A DNA stretch of 64,000 bases from Takakia lepidozioides (Eukaryota > Plantae > Bryophyta). The notes beneath the pieces are model-generated. The model did not search any database. It was not told the DNA's origin and worked only from the letters and a program-made list of their open reading frames with translations. This document shows positions 60,501 through 64,000 of this stretch, one piece after another (position 1 is the stretch's first letter; every line of letters begins with the position of its first letter). The translations under genes were made by a program, and so were the position numbers. The DNA lies in NCBI GenBank assembly GCA_030704615.1, contig CM060732.1, forward strand, positions 50,344,001 through 50,408,000, read 5' to 3'.

Positions 60501-63500
60501 AAGGAAAAAGAGAGAGAATGTACTCATAAGTTTGCTGTAGCCTTGTGGCCATTGACCCCGCGCTCAGTTTGAGTGGAACACAAAGGGACAGTAACTACCT
60601 TTGTCAGGGGCTGACACTGGTAGATGACTTACCTTGGAACAGACAGTTGATCCAAGTTTTCCAGATATCCTCTAGAAAACCCTTTACTATCAATCTGCTG
60701 TGTGTGGTTTGCCCAATAACTAGGCCCCAAAATGGCCTGGGATTTGGCTCAGCCTCGAGACTTTCAAAGTTGGTAAACTGAGGTACAGGCACAATTCCCT
60801 TGATGGATTTGAAGAGGACATCTCTCTGGTGAGAGTACCCAGGACAATGAATCAGAAAGTGAACATTGTCTTCAGGTTGCCCACACAACGGGCATTTGCA
60901 ATCCCCCTTTCCTCTCTGCTTCTGTTTGCTGTTCAAAGGTTCCCACCCTCAGTTTAAATTTCAGTCTAGTGCTGAGTGGATAAACCCTTGAGGTCATCCA
61001 TGATGGCGTCTCCCATGTCGCAGACTGGAAACAAGTTCAGGGAAGTTCTCTGCCTACTTCATGTTCATCAGACAACTTCCTGGCAACAGACATGGCTTGG
61101 GACACTACAGTCTCTAAGTCAGATTTATCCAGCAGGTCAAGGCTTGCGGACTTAGATTCAGATTCTTGAGAGTCTCTTCTACTCTCTTCCGCCAGGACTT
61201 AGCCTGTTTGAGTTTATTTCACTGTATAGCTTGTCCCAGTATAATTTCTTCTGAGGCCGTACAAGCTGATTGATAGTACCTGGTAGTACCTAGCCCACAA
61301 TTCTTTGTTGGCTTTCAAGCACACTTTATAGAGGACTCGTCTCTCGGCTATCTTGAGTTTGATTTCATTGGTCTACCAATTAACAGCTCTACCGCAGACA
61401 ATTACTTTCCTCCCTATGATCTTGTTGGCCACAGAGGAGACGAAACTCTCCCAAGAATCCAATGCTCTTTCGACTTAATTTTTGCATTGCCAGAGCAAGA
61501 CTGAAGATCTTGGAGTGAATGGACAAAGTGAGGCAGAGCCTCTTGCAAGGCCTAGATATAATCAGACTTGACCTCTTCATTTTGGAGTTTTTCTTTGTGC
61601 CACTTCCGAATCAAACGTTTCACAGATCTCTTGGTGTTGGGAAAACACTTTCTAATCTCAGTCCAAACCAGGAAGTGGTCAGAGGTACCAATATCAGTTC
61701 TGTCGATCAACACATTGGCACTCTGGGGAAACAAATTCTTGTCCACTATGATATAATCCACAATGGATTGTTCCCCAGCTTGGGCTGTCTCACGGGGCCA
61801 CTGCACTTGGTCTCCTTTTGACCTATTCAAGGTCAAAAGCTGAAGTTCTTCTAGACAGTTTATTAACCGTCTTCCATTAGAATTCAGCTTGTCCTCACCA
61901 AAAGGCCCAATGGTATCATCCTGATGAAGGCCTTTGCCCACCCGGCCATTTAAGTCACCCAGTAAGACCACCTGACCTTTGGCGAGTAACTTAGCACAGT
62001 CTAGCTTTCGAAGGCTTTGTCTGCGTCTGCACTAAGGGTCCCCTCTGTGGGCATGTAAACACAACCCACATTAGGTCCTTCATACTCACACCGCCCTTCA
62101 AATTCAGTTTCAGCTGGATACTGTGCTTGTACTGCAGACCCTTGTTGATAATTTCACAATTGTCACACAAGAAATCATGGACAAAGAAGCCAGCACCTCT
62201 CTGACCAGGCTTGGCAGAGGTTGCCTTAAGTGCACACATCTTGCCGAACCAATAATACCCTTTGATGTGTCCAACCAGTTTGTCCGAGGTTCCCATGTCT
62301 CTTGCCCTGCACAGATATGAATACCATTTGCCTGAAGAACTTGTCCCTTTCCAAATTTGTTCCTTTGGTTAGTCAGCCTTGAGAAGTTGAAAGTAGCCGC
62401 AAGCCAGCCCTTTGCATATGGATTGTTTGCTGTCTAGGTAGCCTATGGTTGCTCTTGCACCGCCAACCCTTCTGCAAAGGGGTTACCCCGAATGTAGATC
62501 TTGCTCGTCTCGTGTAAACTTTAAGGATTGGCAAACCATTCAGAGTACCATATCCTTCAGTCAATGCTCAGGCTCAGCACACTTAGAGCCAGCTCGTCTG
62601 TCTGGCTGCTTGGTACCAACCTCATCCAGGGCTTCAAACCAGTTAGAAACTTTCAAGTTGAAGTCCCCACCCTTGGTTGTCTTCCTAGAGCGCCTCATCG
62701 AATCACCAATGTCTAATACCGCTCTCCAGTCAGTCTTTCTTTGAGCTTGATTTGATGCGAGACTCTATTTGTAGCAGGTTTAGATACTGCAACCTTCAAA
62801 GTACCTGTTATCAAGTCTCGAGATGGAGCCATTAGCCACATAATCCAAGCCTAGGCTGGAGCAGGTAGTTTTAAAAGACACAGTCCATCCTGGGATTCAC
62901 CTCCAAAACTACACATGAAGCCCTAGATTTTCTTAAATAACCAATTCCCAGGAATCATCCTGGGGAGTGTTGTTATCGACAATGGTATGGTGTAATATTT
63001 GATTTCGCATGCTATAAGTTTAAGCACAAGGACCAACCCTAGCCCAAGTGCCAAGCATGCTAGACAGAGCATACAACTGCCCATACTGGGTGGAGGGGCT
63101 GCTCCCAAGCTGTAGGGGTCCGCCTTCAGAGATCATACTCCAGGGACCTGCAGGCAACGGCCTGCATAGGTATATTCTAAAGATGGAAAGGCCCCAAACT
63201 CTCTCCAACAGACATTTATCTACTCCCATATCAAGTCCAGCCAATGGTAATGTGCTTCCTAGAGGACAGGGAGAGGGAAAAAGAGAGGGAATGTACTCAT
63301 AAGACGTTTTTTGCTGTAGCCTTGTGGCCATTGACCCCGCCCTCAGTTCGAGCGGAATGGAAGAAGAGAGAGAGAGAGAGAATTTACTTATCGGACTTTA
63401 TTTGCAGTAGCTTAGAGAATGTACTCATAAGACGTTGTTTGCCGTAGCCTGCAGTAGCTTAGAGAGAGAAATAGAGAGAGAGTGTAGCTCTTGTTGAACT

Positions 63501-64000
63501 TTTCTCTGTTGGTGTTTGAGGTAGATGCACTCACCTCAGATGTGTGCATTTTGTAGGTATCCTGCGAAATGAGGTGGGCTGGTTTGATTTAGATGAGAAC
63601 AACAGTGGGCAGGTGACATCTCGCCTAGCATCTAATGCAACAACTGTCCGGGGTGCACTTGGGGACCGTCTATCCTTGATGGTCCAAAACTTTACGTTGC
63701 TGCTGACTACGGTTCTGATAGCATTGATTGTACAGTGGCGTATGGCCCTTGTTATGTTGGCCACCTTACCGCTGCTTATTGGTGCCACTATTGGGCAGGT
63801 AAAACTGTCTTCCTTGCCCTATCTCATGCTTAGTCTGGTTGATGTCTTACCAACCTTCCTTTTTCTGGAGCTTGATCCATTGCAGTGAATGCTTTCCCTC
63901 GCTGTGTGTGTTGCAGCAAATGTTCTTAAAAGGGTTTTCGGGAGACATATCCAAGGCGCATGCGAGAGCAAGCATGGTGGCTGGGGAGGCAGTAAGCAAC
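50737..64000 (+). CDS. ABCB19: Full-size ABCB/P-glycoprotein transporter (ABCB1/ABCB19-like), 3'-incomplete. Exons 50737-51120, 51322-51376, 51928-52103, 52952-53152, 53363-53622, 54844-55160, 55387-55610, 56102-56481, 58180-58589, 63557-63798, 63917->64000.
   Basis: [11 protein letters not shown]; [12 protein letters not shown]; VQDAISEK|MGNF; Walker [10 protein letters not shown]; Q-loop LVNQEPALF; signature [14 protein letters not shown]; Walker [12 protein letters not shown]; TMD2 [10 protein letters not shown] and [24 protein letters not shown]. All junctions are GT-AG with consistent phase. Exact orthology is uncertain. Confidence 0.93.
52350..52870 (-). mobile_element. 3' fragment of a (TC)n-tailed LINE in ABCB intron 3
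   Basis: [12 protein letters not shown]...[12 protein letters not shown], homologous to 60500-61050. Confidence 0.8.
54215..54735 (+). mobile_element. 3' fragment of the same LINE in ABCB intron 5
   Basis: [15 protein letters not shown]...[12 protein letters not shown], and a 3' UTR ending GGCCACAAGGCTA...CTTATGAGTA. Confidence 0.8.
56720..57660 (+). mobile_element. Two further fragments of the same LINE in ABCB intron 8 (~56720-57010, ~57410-57660)
   Basis: GSLPY...[23 protein letters not shown] and [31 protein letters not shown]. Confidence 0.8.
59690..59955 (-). mobile_element. 3' fragment of the same LINE in ABCB intron 9
   Basis: [20 protein letters not shown]...[20 protein letters not shown]. 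Confidence 0.8.
60500..62760 (-). mobile_element. Longer degenerate copy of the same LINE (APE endonuclease plus C-terminal zinc finger; RT core apparently deleted) in ABCB intron 9
   Basis: [11 protein letters not shown]...NSNGRRLI...SIVDYIIV...TSDHFLV (APE) and [26 protein letters not shown]. 3' tail ...CTTATGAGTACATTCTCTCT. Confidence 0.85.
63265..63465 (-). mobile_element. Cluster of very short 3'-terminal insertions of the same LINE
   Basis: GAATGTACTCATAAGACGTT occurs twice. A 31-bp insert (63419-63449) is flanked by the 16-bp duplication TGCAGTAGCTTAGAGA. Confidence 0.8.

Overview
Eukaryotic nuclear DNA from a land plant, most plausibly a non-seed plant (inference from gene families, GT-AG introns and TE content). 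It is not prokaryotic and has no CRISPR array or rRNA. Host genes: a CONSTANS-like B-box/CCT gene of the COL9/10 type (12311-16995, +, 5 coding exons); an intronless complex I subunit NDUFA5/B13 gene (18555-18968, +); a PAP2/PAP9-type purple acid phosphatase with a frameshift near its C-terminus (26997-29141, -); and the 5' part of a full-size ABCB (P-glycoprotein, ABCB1/19-like) transporter gene (50737 to beyond 64000, +, 11 exons seen). Decayed gene fragments: SLY1, SEC23, a PLS-class PPR and one unidentified. Most of the rest is nested transposons: a rearranged L1-type LINE interrupted by a SWIM-finger element that carries an array of long palindromes; two hAT MITEs with 8-bp TSDs; nested Ty3/gypsy (Tat/Ogre-like) elements whose LTRs form a 1-kb inverted repeat and which carry extra ORFs; an intron-containing MULE/SWIM transposase; tRNA-derived SINEs; and many fragments of one (TC)n-tailed LINE family in the ABCB introns. 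The most novel-looking signal is an ~80-90 nt retroposed repeat in three copies, with a covarying multi-stem RNA fold (GNRA and UUCG tetraloops, a loop-E/sarcin-ricin-type motif), an 11-bp TSD and a (TC)n tail. A 500-N assembly gap lies at 33093-33592.
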